This document shows, one piece after another, positions 8,830-19,572 of a DNA stretch of 20,000 nt. Positions within the stretch are counted from its first letter, which is position 1. Every line of letters begins with the position of its first letter. Position numbers and translations under genes: made by a program. The DNA comes from Lama guanicoe (lineage: Eukaryota), in assembly GCA_013239625.1 (NCBI GenBank), contig MU053396.1, positions 48,432-68,431 on the forward strand, read 5' to 3'. Below the pieces are notes generated by a model. It saw nothing but the letters and a program-made list of their open reading frames with translations. It was not told the DNA's origin and did not search any database.

Positions 8830-9239
8830 TGTTACGGAAATGACAGGCCAGCCAAGAAACAAGCACCACTTGGAGGGTTGGAGTACTCAGATTTATTACG
8901 CCGGCGGGCTCAGAGGGGCTTCTGCTCTGAAGCTCTGAGCACCTCCAAGACGTGCACATGAGGTTTTATAGGGTTAAGTACAAGTATGGGGCTATTAGCC
9001 AATAAGGCTCAAACAACAAAAAGCAAGGAATCAGTACACTGGAGCTTATCAATTTGGAACAGATCACGTTACTGACACTTGTTGAGCTTGGATTCATGAC
9101 TTAGCTTGTTAGCCCAGTAAACTGACACTACACTTCAGATTTACGAGTTAGCCCGGCAGAACTTATATCAGTAAACCGACACTTATCACACTTAGATTTG
9201 TGACTTAGCTTGTTAGCCCAGCTGGGCTTTTCCTTCACA
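8830..9239 (-). mobile_element. 5' LTR of provirus
   Basis: 410 bp, adjacent to the PBS. Minus-strand TATAAAA at 8964-8970 and AATAAA at 8892-8897. U3 direct repeats TGACTTAGCTTGTTAGCCCAG at 9097-9117 and 9201-9221. Confidence 0.96.
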
Positions 9240-9371
9240 GAGTGAGTGTGGTTCCTGAGACCCTTGTGACGGTTCAGCCGGGAGGTCATGGGGGGTGCTC
9301 ACCCCTCAGAGTTCCTTCTCTAGTTTCTCTCCTGTGGGTTCTGACCACATCCTGGTTTTGTTCTCCCGCAG

Positions 9372-9415
9372 GCAGTGACAGAGAGACTCTGATGTGTCTC
9401 TCACAGATCCCAGAG
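9372..9415 (+). pseudogene. Exon 7 (cytoplasmic), 4-bp deletion
   Basis: CAG|GCAGTGACAG..TCTGATGTGTCTCTCACAGATCCCAGAG|GTGAG (SDVSLTDPR). 44 bp versus the usual 48. Confidence 0.88.
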
Positions 9416-9579
9416 GTGAGACACTGGAGGGCCTAGACTGGGAGAGGGGTTGGGGCAGAGGGGATGCCCTGGGTGTGGGGATTCTCTGAGTGGGACACTG
9501 TGAACATGTGGGGGGCTGTTGAGAATGTCAGCACTTCCAAGACTGACCTGAATTGGCTCACGATTCTTTTCTTTGACAG

Positions 9580-9995
9580 TGTGAGACAGATGCCTTGTGG
9601 GGGGCTGAGTGATGCAAGATGTGTTCACGACCCTCTTTGTGACTTCAGATCCCCTGACTGCTCTTTCTGCAGCTGCATCTGAATGCGTTGGTGCTCCTAT
9701 TAGCATAATGTGAGTAAGTGGTTAGACTGGCCCACCCCTGCCCCCCATACCCCTCCCCACCCTGAGCTGTGTTCTCTTCCCTGGTTTACTTTCCTTTTCA
9801 GCAGAGGTGGGGCTGGGCCATCTCCATCCCTGTCTTAACTTTGTGTTGCAGTGAGTAATAATGTCTTACGTTCCAAATAAAAATGAAGCTGGGTATGACT
9901 GTATTACTGCCATGGTGGGTTGAAGTGATAATAAAGGGGAGGGTTCCTAAACTCTGAGAGTGGAAATAAATGGAAGCACTGAGAACCTTCCAGAA
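9580..9995 (+). pseudogene. Exon 8 and 3' UTR with poly(A) signal
   Basis: GACAG|TGTGA stop exon. AATAAA at 9965-9970 precedes the class I-typical GAGAACCTTCCAGAATCTGCATG. Further AATAAA at 9876 and ~9930. Confidence 0.85.
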
Positions 9996-10894
9996 TCTGC
10001 ATGTTTGCTGTGCTGAGTCTGTTGCAGGGGGAACAGGAGATGGATGTGAGGAGTGTGGCAGGGACCGTGCCCAGTCAGTGCTCAGTTCATTGTGGGCTGT
10101 GAAGGGGTCACTACTGGGATGGGTCATCTTCTCTATTCCTGTGTCCCTGTAACTTCAGTATAACCTGGTCCCACCAGGACCTGTGATCACAGGTACTCAG
10201 AAGTCATCTGGGCCTTGTCCTGTCTGGAGGACGTTGACAGCGAGGGCTTCCTGTAACCATGTTAGGCTAAGCTCAGACCAGAGTCCAGCCCTCAGCCCCT
10301 GTCTTTTTTGAGTGTGTTCATATTTTGCCTATTTAAAAACTTTTTTAAATTATGACTGTTCTTTTTCAAATTTGGAGTTCTGGCCTCATTCTGTTCTGGG
10401 TGTTCTACATCTCAGACACCAGCAGGAGTCATTTTTGCCAGCCATTGTCCCCACAAGTCCCAGGGGTCCCTGCACACAGGCTCTCAGTGGTATCAAGAGA
10501 GAAATTCTTAGCTTCATCTAGCTCTTACCCTCCTTCTACCACTGTTGCCAGGATTCTACTTTATATGTTTTCACCACATTTTTTAAGGAACAAAGATTCT
10601 AGAATTAGCAAAGAGGGGAAACCCAATTGTTTCCCACCTTCACTGAATTCTTGCTGGATTTCTGTCTTCTCTGCAGTCGGCTCCCTCTCTCTGCCCTTAG
10701 ATCTAGTAATGCTAATGCTGCCTCCAATCCCAACTCATGGATTTATAGAGCAGATCTGATGTAGATTCACAGTAGGTTGGACCATAGGACCCATAAGCCT
10801 AGGATCATCTTTTCTGAGGAGACAGACATCATTGTGTGAGCTGTGCAGACAGGCTGCTTGGGGTGGAGGGGTGATCACCACTTGTGAGAGATGG

Positions 10895-11040
10895 AAAAAT
10901 GCTTTGGGGGATGAAAATGTTCCAAAATTGACTGTGGGTACCATCACACCTCCCTGTGAATATGCTAAAATCAACTCTTTCCAATGGGTGGATGAGATAT
11001 GTGAATTATATATCAATATAGCTGTTGTAACAAAAAAAAA
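10895..11040 (+). mobile_element. Old LINE-1 (L1M-type) 3'-end fragment
   Basis: GGGGATGAAAATGTTCCAAAATTGACTGTGG..ATGTGAATTATATATCAATATAGCTGTT plus an A-tail resembles L1MB/MC 3' UTR ends. Confidence 0.75.
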
Positions 11041-11049
11041 TTAGGCCAC

Positions 11050-12240
11050 ACATCAAATGAAGCAGAGATGGGAGGACCACCTTGGGAACTGAACAGAAAG
11101 ACATGAAAAAGCTCAGGGAAGTGGACCTGCTAGCATATAATAAAACTGGAAAAATCCCAGGAGACTGTTTCCCAAAGGAAACTTTCTCAGGCAGTAAGGA
11201 CTGAGCAAATGGGCAGAGTAGTAACTTCAGTGTGTCTGTCCTTTGTAGGCAGGGACTGACTCTAGGAGCCAATATTACAGCACCAACGAGGATAATAGGG
11301 TCCCAGAAAGTTAGAGGACAGGTGACAACAAGATAGAAACAAGGACTAAATCCCTAAATAAACTACAATGTCAAAATGGAAGCAGCCGATACAGACTAGA
11401 AGGGCTTTCTGGAAATGTTTAGTATATCGTCGTGTTTCTGGGGGCAAGGTGGACGGACAGCCAGCAAGAGTGTTGCTTAGTATAATAGATAAGAATAACT
11501 GAATTGAAGGCTGGGATGACTTGCCTAATAGAAGCTTACCATCCCTTATCCAGTTTCCAGACCTGAGCCAGTTCTCAGACCCAGGACTCACTGGCTGAAG
11601 GGAGTCAAGGTCCCCTGAGGAAATGCCCTGAAACACATGACAATACATGTGTGCAGTGTGAATTCCCCATGTCCTTCCATGTAGATATCAATGGCTATTT
11701 TTCAGATTTCCATTCACTGACAGAAGGGAAGATCTAGGTCCCTTTATGTCTACTGGATGCAGAGTCCAATTTGACACTGATACCTGGGAGCCAAAGTACC
11801 ACCATGAACCCCCATTAGAGAAGAAGGATTTGGGGAGATGTCTTAATTTGAGTCCTATCTTAGGTCCACCCGTGTGTCAGTGGGTTCTCTGTCTCCACAT
11901 ATCCACTTGGTGGGAATCTCCCCAGTTTCCAAATATCTCATTTGAAGGGACATATGCAGAGTTGGCCAAAATCCTCATGTTGGTTCTATAACCTTTGGGA
12001 TAAAAGCTTTAGTGAGAAAAGCCAAGTAGAAGCCCCTGAAAAGCCTCCCAAACTCAGCCAAGATGGAACATTAAAGACAATGTTGTATCTTAAGGGTAAT
12101 GACAGAGGTAAACGTCCTCCTCAGAGACTTAAAGGATGAGGGGGTTCCCCATCACACAACCACCTGATTCACCCCTGAGGTTCTTTCAGAAACCAGAAGG
12201 GTCATTGCCAATGACAGTGACACAGTGCTAACTCAGCCCT
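11050..12240 (+). mobile_element. Ancient class III (ERVL/HERV16-like) internal remnant: gag end, protease, RT start
   Basis: CAGTTTCCAGACCTGAGCCAGTTCTCAGACCCAG (11551-11584) matches the ERVL gag end (QFPDLSQFxDP). LLDAESNLTLIPG at ~11750-11790 is a decayed protease LLDTGSELTLIPG. RDLKD..and..QKPEGSLPMTV at 12124-12220 is a decayed RT start. Boundaries approximate. Confidence 0.72.
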
Positions 12241-12472
12241 GCTGCCTTTCTTTTCATTTCCTACCTTTGTGTTTCTATCTATCAGTTCTCTCTTTTAATT
12301 CCAAATTACTTGGAAATCTGGATCAGTTTCTCGGGAACATACTTTTGATCCAGATTGTTGTGGAATGAGCACCAAATCCTGTGAACATGATTTCTTTCTT
12401 TATTCCAGTCTCCTCAATCCTAGCCTCAGCCCTGTGAGAGGCTATGATGTCAGATGTTTCCCAAACTCACCC

Positions 12473-12600
12473 TGTGGTTGGCAGACACTATGTTGGTCCC
12501 CAGTGTTCCCTCCTCTGGTATCACACCCATGCGTAATATATGCTTTTGGAACATATACTGGACCTAATAACCTGCTTGAAACAAATACAATATGGGAAGT
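12473..12600 (+). mobile_element. MaLR (MLT1-like) LTR fragment
   Basis: TGTGGTTGGCAGAC...CTCCTCTGGTATCACACCC resembles MLT1 5' ends (recalled similarity). Confidence 0.4.
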
Positions 12601-13139
12601 TCTGGACTGTGTATTTTGGAATCACTGGGGGAAGAGACACGAGGGACCTGGGGTCAGTTGTCTCAGGCTGGCTGTCCAGGCCAGGCTGGGGCAGCAGAGA
12701 TTTCCCATGGAGCCCAATGGCAATGACCCTGCGCTCCTTTCCTGAGGAGCTTCTCTTCTAGATCTCAGCCTCTACAGCCCGTGCCATCAGACAGGATGTG
12801 GAGGAGGAAGAGACATCAGCAGTGATTCTCATCCTAGGTGGAATGTCGAGGGAACTGTTTATAAAAAGACAGGAAGGAAGTGAAGAAACGAAGGCTCCCA
12901 AATCTGACACCTGGTGACCCACATACTCCCCTAGGTCAGACCCCATGTAGAAACATGAGGAGGGTAACACTCTCCAGTCTCCCTGTGCTGCCCCCTGGGG
13001 CCCAGCTCTCTCTTCTCCAACTACAATAATGCCCCAGGGGCCCACAGAGGTGACACTGTGAATAGATCTCTGCTCATCTCCAGAGCAGACCACCACGGCC
13101 GCACACCCCAGGAAGTCTAGTTCTCTCCGTATGTATTAA

Positions 13140-13510
13140 CTCAGTGTGTGCAGCAGACATGCAAGTAACAGTGGTCTAACAGGATGGAAGCTTGTCTGTG
13201 TCTCCATGACAAGGAGACAGGCAGTTCCAGGGCAGCTCAGGTGACTCTGCACCATGAGATTATTCAGGCATCCAGGATCCTATGACCTTCACTCTCTGCT
13301 GTCTCTGGGAGCTTGCCCTTGTTTGTGTGACCCAAGGTACCTGACCAAGGTACAAAGCAACCAGGGAAAGCAAAGACTGAAGAACAGTATCTTCCCTTTA
13401 AGACGAAAGTTTAAAACTTCACATCTGCTTCATCATATTGGCCAGAACTTAGTTACAGGAACACAACTGGCCTCAGGAGAGATTGGAGACTGAATGTAAT
13501 TTTCAATTAG
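13140..13510 (-). mobile_element. Old ERVL-group LTR (LTR33-like)
   Basis: AACAGTGGTCTAACAGGATGGAAG..GGCAGTTCCAGGGC..ATTGGCCAGAACTTAGTTACA.. resembles LTR33-family sequence (recalled similarity). Confidence 0.55.
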
Positions 13511-13876
13511 GGTGACTGTGCCCAGAAAAACACTCTACTAGTGTGAAAGAGATAAGAGTTTTGCTATACATGAATTTTTAACAATCAGGAGTACGGAATA
13601 GTTATTATCAATATCTTGACCTGAACGACACTTATATTTTAAAAATGGAATAATGTCAGAATATTAGTTAAATTGACATCAAAGATGCAGATAGATTGTG
13701 TGGTCAATACCACCTGATGCAGTGGAATCTCTTTCTAAAACACTATCGAGACCCGTACAGTCACCTTACCCGGAGGGGAGTTTGGAAGAATTAGGAAGGG
13801 AACGAAACCAGAAATGTAATTTTCACTGTATATCCTTTTATGACATAGGAATTTTTTCAACCTTGTGCATAATGAA

Positions 13877-14531
13877 CGTTGAAGGACAAAAGAAAACCCC
13901 ACACTCAATCAGGAATTTTTTCATCCTGGATGTCGGGCTCTCTGATGGGCCTCAGTGAGTGAAACACCAAGAGTTCACACTGGGTTGGAAGAGCCTGAAT
14001 TACTTGCAACTATTAAAGAGAACACACTGCATCTTCCCAAAACAGCATCTCCCCAGACAGCCACATTGAGGAGGTTTTAAGGGCACAAGCAGATCCATGA
14101 AGGAGTTGAGCAGAGGGAAATTCAGCACAGAATTGGGACAAAGTCAACAGAGCCCAAGCATTAGTGGATGGAAGTCACCACGTACACTAAATGTCAGCAG
14201 CATCATCCCTTAGGTTCCAGGTCATCTGAAGGTTGAGGGAATCGTGGGAATTGAAGTTCTGCAAAACCCTCAAGAAAGTGCTTTACTATTAGCACAGAAC
14301 TGGGGTCTTTGTTACCTGATTTATTACATAAGCTGTTTTTTCTTCTCTTGCCGGGGATCAGTCACTCCTTATTCTGTTCCCTTAAGATCATTAATACTGA
14401 GACCAGTTCAAGGGCAAGCATGTGACCAGGCTTAGATCACAAAATGGTTCAGGCCTCAAATGGCTTCTCTTATGACAAAAAGCTGTACCTGCCTCATTTC
14501 CTCTGCAGACCCCCCACCCTGTCTGCCTACA
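13877..14531 (-). mobile_element. Solo ERV1-type LTR, artiodactyl-like
   Basis: Minus strand starts TGTAGGCAGACAGGG..CATAAGAGAAGCCATTT..CCATTTTGTGATCTAAGCCTGG..TTAATGATCTTAAGGGAACA, similar to artiodactyl LTR families as recalled. No clear TSD. Confidence 0.55.
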
Positions 14532-14948
14532 ACACTAACAAAGTAGAATCACCTGAAGGGACTTCGTGGGATCCTGAATGACAGCAAGCTGGAAGGAAGA
14601 GTGGGAGCCCAGGATCTGCTGACAGGATGACAAGGAAAGAAAAATATGGCTCACTTTAGTGATTGCACTTTCCTAGAGCTGTAGGAGGACTGAAAATTCA
14701 GAGGGGACTATTCATAGAGGACCCTCTCTCAGGTTCACACAGAACCACAGAGAAACCTTCCAATGGAAACTTCGGCGCTTGTATCCAGGACGGTGCTTTG
14801 TGAACACAGCTCAGTCCTGCAGATCATCTTGTCCAACGTGGACCCGCAGTGACAATAACTGTTCAGTGATAAGCAGCCCGTGTATGAACACGTCCAGGGC
14901 AGAGGCCGCACTGCCTGGCGTTCCTGCTCTCTCTGACCTGGGACATCC

Positions 14949-15290
14949 CTGTGCAGACAGACTCTGAGGTGGTGGCCAAGGATCCCTGCTCCCTGGGAGT
15001 CACACCTTGTATAATCTGCCCCCCAGGAGTGTGGGTGGGACCTGGGACTTACTGCTAACCAATACAATGTGACAACGAGGATATCAACCCTGTGATCAGA
15101 CCCTAGAAGAGCATGACCCCATCCTGCTAGCTGACCGCTACTGTCCGCACTGCTCGCAAGCTCTGGCACAGCCAGCCGCTGCGCTGGAAAGGCCCACGTG
15201 GCAAAGAGCTGAGGTCAGCGCCCGAGCCACAGCCAGCAAGAGACTGAGGCCACCAGTCTGACCGCCCACAGGGAGCCACTCAGGCCTCTT
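14949..15290 (+). mobile_element. MaLR (MLT1E/F-like) LTR
   Basis: TGTGCAGACAGACTCTGAGGTGG..GTGTGGGTGGGACCTG..CTAACCAATA..GGCCCACGTGGCAAAGAGCTGAGG..ACAGCCAGCAAGAGACTGAGGCC are typical MLT1 blocks. Confidence 0.7.
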
Positions 15291-15587
15291 TCCTAAGGCA
15301 GCCCATCTTGATGACACATACCCTGCTTTCCTTTACCAGCACGCATGTCAGGCTCTCTCTCTATCTGAGTTGTTCTCCTCTCCCTCCATCCAGGAGCCCA
15401 GCAGGGAGCGGCAGGCAGGGAGGGAGGACGTGCTGGGAGCAGGGCTGTGGTGTCGCCTTGGAGCAGATGGTACCAAGGAGTCAGTGGAAAGGAGAGAAGT
15501 CAGGGCAGCAGGGATGGGAAGGATGGAGTGACCACCCCTGTGACTCTCAGGGGCACATGGGGCTGTGCTTTCGGGCTGTGAGATAAC

Positions 15588-16249
15588 NNNNNNNNNNNNN
15601 NNNNNNNNNNNNNNNNNNNNNNNNNNNNNNNNNNNNNNNNNNNNNNNNNNNNNNNNNNNNNNNNNNNNNNNNNNNNNNNNNNNNNNNNNNNNNNNNNNNN
15701 NNNNNNNNNNNNNNNNNNNNNNNNNNNNNNNNNNNNNNNNNNNNNNNNNNNNNNNNNNNNNNNNNNNNNNNNNNNNNNNNNNNNNNNNNNNNNNNNNNNN
15801 NNNNNNNNNNNNNNNNNNNNNNNNNNNNNNNNNNNNNNNNNNNNNNNNNNNNNNNNNNNNNNNNNNNNNNNNNNNNNNNNNNNNNNNNNNNNNNNNNNNN
15901 NNNNNNNNNNNNNNNNNNNNNNNNNNNNNNNNNNNNNNNNNNNNNNNNNNNNNNNNNNNNNNNNNNNNNNNNNNNNNNNNNNNNNNNNNNNNNNNNNNNN
16001 NNNNNNNNNNNNNNNNNNNNNNNNNNNNNNNNNNNNNNNNNNNNNNNNNNNNNNNNNNNNNNNNNNNNNNNNNNNNNNNNNNNNNNNNNNNNNNNNNNNN
16101 NNNNNNNNNNNNNNNNNNNNNNNNNNNNNNNNNNNNNNNNNNNNNNNNNNNNNNNNNNNNNNNNNNNNNNNNNNNNNNNNNNNNNNNNNNNNNNNNNNNN
16201 NNNNNNNNNNNNNNNNNNNNNNNNNNNNNNNNNNNNNNNNNNNNNNNNN
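15588..16249. other. Assembly gap (662 N)
   Basis: Run of N. Confidence 1.
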
Positions 16250-17771
16250 TTTACTCCTTAAAACACCGGAGTTCCCAGAGAGACTGCTCTCTTGCTGGGT
16301 CTATGAGTTGTCTGAAGGCTAATTTGGTCAGGGACTCTGGGTTCCAGTCACAGCTGATGTCTCTGGATCTCAAGGCCTCAAGCAGTTCCAGGGACTTCCT
16401 TCATTAAATCTTCTCTATATCCTGAACTAACATATCAGGGGCGTGGGACTGACAGCAGATGGTAAAACAAATGGACTAGAAAAGGGATCTCCGAGGCCGG
16501 GTGAGCCCGGTCCCGAAGGAATTCGTCTTCTAAACTTGATTCCTGGGGGTCTGAGGCTAGGCAAAAGGGGCACTACTTGGGTCAGTTCAGTAGGGGAACA
16601 ATAAGTCTCAGGTGTTCTGTGACAGAATCAGGTAGGAGATTTTCTCAAAGAAATAGCATCCTAGACTCCGAGGGCACAGGGGCGTTGACTCATTGGCTGT
16701 CTATGTCCTTTTCCCTCCCAGTGTAGCCACCCTGTGCCGGTGTCGCAGACAAGACAAGGGAGGGTTTTCGTTGCGTCCACCTGGCTGCTCCCCTCGCGGG
16801 GACGAAGGTGCCTCTTAGCTTTGGCGGGTCAGTATAAGCCGCTGACTCCGATCGGGACCCTGAGGGACCGATACCGCCCTGAGCCTTATGAGGTCACCAT
16901 GGAACCGCAGGTTGGGACTCACTCGAACTCCATAGCAGAATGCCGTGGAGCTACAAACTCGAGCCTGATCGCATGCTTCACAGGCCGCTCATTCATTCAC
17001 ACACACACACACACACACAGAGGTTAACAACAGTCCTCCCACCAATTCCAATATCCTGTTTCCTGTAGGAGGGGATCAGCCTCCTCTTCTGTCCACTGGG
17101 ACAGGACCTGATTCCTCCCGGGGGATTCTACCTTGTCCGGACGGCCACCTGGTGAGTCTGTCCGTCCCTCCATGGAGTCTGGCTCTGGTTGTAGCCCAGC
17201 CACCCAGGGGGGCTGAGTTGCTGTCACGAAGGAGAACCCGGAATACCGTCGGGCGGCGCCATCTCGTTCGCTGCCGGAATCCCGTCCCCCGGTTGGCCAG
17301 AGCCACCAGTCCAGGGGCTCAAGGGGCCGGCGTGGTTGTATCTCGCTGGGGCCTCCAGAAATGTTACGGAAATGACAGGCCAGCCAAGAAACAAGCACCA
17401 CTTGGAGGGTTGGAGTACTCAGATTTATTACGCCGGCGGGCTCAGAGGGGCTTCTGCTCTGAAGCTCTGAGCACCTCCAAGACGTGCACATGAGGTTTTA
17501 TAGGGTTAAGTACAAGTATGGGGCTATTAGCCAATAAGGCTCAAACAACAAAAAGCAAGGAATCAGTACACTGGAGCTTATCAATTTGGAACAGATCACG
17601 TTACTGACACTTGTTGAGCTTGGATTCATGACTTAGCTTGTTAGCCCAGTAAACTGACATTAAACTTCAGATTTACGAGTTAGCCCGGCAGAACTTATAT
17701 CAGTAAACCGACACTTATCACACTTAGATTTGTGACTTAGCTTGTTAGCCCAGCTGGGCTTTTCCTTCACA
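16250..17771 (-). mobile_element. Second copy of the provirus 5' end (leader, PBS 17340-17357, 5' LTR 17362-17771)
   Basis: Same LTR/host junction CTTCACA|GAGT as at 9239-9243. Confidence 0.96.
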
Positions 17772-17903
17772 GAGTGAGTGTGGATCCTGAGACCCTTGTG
17801 ACGGTTCAGCCGGGAGGTCATGGGGGGTGCTCACCCCTCAGAGTTCCTTCTCTAGTTTCTCTCCTGTGGGTTCTGACCACATCCTGGTTTTGTTCTCCCG
17901 CAG

Positions 17904-18527
17904 GCAGTGACAGAGAGACTCTGATGTGTCTCTCACAGATCCCAGAGGTGAGACACTGGAGGGCCTAGACTGGGAGAGGGGTTGGGGCAGAGGGGATGCC
18001 CTGGGTGTGGGGATTCTCTGAGTGGGACACTGTGAACATGTGGGGGGCTGTTGAGAATGTCAGCACTTCCAAGACTGACCTGAATTGGCTCACGATTCTT
18101 TTCTTTGACAGTGTGAGACAGATGCCTTGTGGGGGGCTGAGTGATGCAAGATGTGTTCACGACCCTCTTTGTGACTTCAGATCCCCTGACTGCTCTTTCT
18201 GCAGCTGCATCTGAATGTGTCTGTGCTCCTATTAGCATAATGTGAGTAAGTGGTTAGACTGGCCCACCCCTGCCCCCCATACCCCTCCCCACCCTGAGCT
18301 GTGTTCTCTTCCATGGTTTACTTTCCTTTTCAGCAGAGGTGGGGCTGGGCCATCTCCATCCCTGTCTTAACTTTGTGTTGCAGTGAGTAATAATGTCTTA
18401 CGTTCCAAATAAAAATGAAGCTGGGTATGACTGTATTACTGCCATGGTGGGTTGAAGTGATAATAAAGGGGAGGGTTCCTAAACTCTGAGAGTGGAAATA
18501 AATGGAAGCACTGAGAACCTTCCAGAA
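17904..18527 (+). pseudogene. Second copy of MHC class I exons 7-8/3' UTR
   Basis: Exon 7 at 17904-17947 with the same 4-bp deletion, exon 8 from 18112, AATAAA at 18497-18502. Confidence 0.9.
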
Positions 18528-19426
18528 TCTGCATGTTTGCTGTGCTGAGTCTGTTGCAGGGGGAACAGGAGATGGATGTGAGGAGTGTGGCAGGGACCGT
18601 GCCCAGTCAGTGCTCAGTTCATTGTGGGCTGTGAAGGGGTCACTACTGGGATGGGTCATCTTCTCTATTCCTGTGTCCCTGTAACATCAGTATAACCTGG
18701 TCCCACCAGGACCTGTGATCACAGGGACTCAGAAGTCATCTGGGCCTTGTCCTGTCTGGAGGACATTGACAGCGAGGGCTTCCTGTGACCATGTTAGGCT
18801 AAGCTCAGACCAGAGTCCAGCCCTCAGACCCTGTCTTTTTTGAGTGTGTTCATATTTTGCCTATTTAAAATTTTTTTTAAATTATGACTGTTCTTTTTCA
18901 AATTTGGAGTTCTGGCCTCATTCTGTTCTGGGTGTTCTACATCTTAGACACCAGCAGGAATCATTTTTGCCAGTCATTGTCCCCACAAGTCCCAGGGGTC
19001 CCTGCACACAGGCTCTCAGTGGTATCAAGAGAGAAATTCTTAGTTTCATCTAGCTCTTACCCTCCTTCTACTACTGTTGCCAGGATTCTACTTTATATGT
19101 TTTCACCACATTTTTTAAGGAACAAAGATTCTAGAATTAGCAAAGAGGGGAAACCCAATTGTTTCCCACCTTCACTGAATTCTTGCTGGATTTCTGTCTT
19201 CTCTGCAGTAGGGAGCCTCTCTCTGCCCTTAGATCTAGTAATGCTAATGCTGGCTCCAATCCCAACTCATGGATTTATAGAGCAGATCTGATGTAGATTC
19301 ACAGTAGGTTGGACCATAGGACGCATAAGCATAGGATCATCTTTTCTGAGGAGACAGACATCATTGTGTGAGCTGTGCAGACAGGCTGCTTGGGGTGGAG
19401 GGGTGATCACCACTTGTGAGAGATGG

Positions 19427-19572
19427 AAAAATGCTTTGGGGGATGAAAATGTTCCAAAATTGACTGTGGGTACCATCACACCTCCCTGTGAATATGCTAA
19501 AATCAACTCTTTCCAATGGGTGGATGAGATATGTGAATTATATATCAATATAGCTGTTCTAACAAAAAAAAA
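19427..19572 (+). mobile_element. Second copy of the L1M 3'-end fragment
   Basis: Duplicate of 10895-11040. Confidence 0.75.

Larger units (their letters stand above)
3887..9239 (-). mobile_element. Internally deleted class I (gamma-like/ERV1) endogenous provirus, 5353 bp
   Basis: Two 410-bp LTRs with TG..CA ends, TSD GAGT (3883-3886 and 9240-9243), PBS and PPT on the minus strand, and gag, pol and env remnants in retroviral order. Confidence 0.97.
1218..9995 (+). pseudogene. MHC class I heavy-chain pseudogene (8 exons, ERV in intron 6)
   Basis: Exons: 1218-1290, 1604-1868, 2131-2331, 2902-3177, 3296-3409, 3841-3873, 9372-9415 and 9580-~9995. Translations match the class I leader, alpha1 ([24 protein letters not shown]), alpha2 (LEGTCVE.LRR.LEN.KETLQRA), alpha3, TM and cytoplasmic exons. 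Multiple stops, frameshifts and splice-site losses. Confidence 0.97.

Noticed and set aside
8492..8959. 155-aa minus-strand ORF (and its copies at 17024-17491 and, partially, 3606-4016)
   Set aside because: It spans LTR R/U5, the PBS and leader with no recognisable domain. Recurrence is due to LTR and segment duplication, not coding conservation.
3887..9239. ERV insertion as the cause of gene inactivation
   Set aside because: Exons 1-3 carry far more damage than the ~1.5-2% LTR divergence would allow, and a stop already precedes exon 6.
14540..15587. Possible exons of a neighbouring gene (e.g. MIC-like)
   Set aside because: No recognisable protein motif or exon structure. Largely explained by a MaLR LTR and purine-rich sequence.
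15565..16407. 280-aa ORF
   Set aside because: Artefact of translating through the N gap.
9239..17362. Segment between the second and third LTR as one LTR element that captured MHC exons 7-8
   Set aside because: Both are 5' LTRs with a PBS and the identical host junction, and there is no PPT or new TSD. Segmental or assembly duplication explains it.
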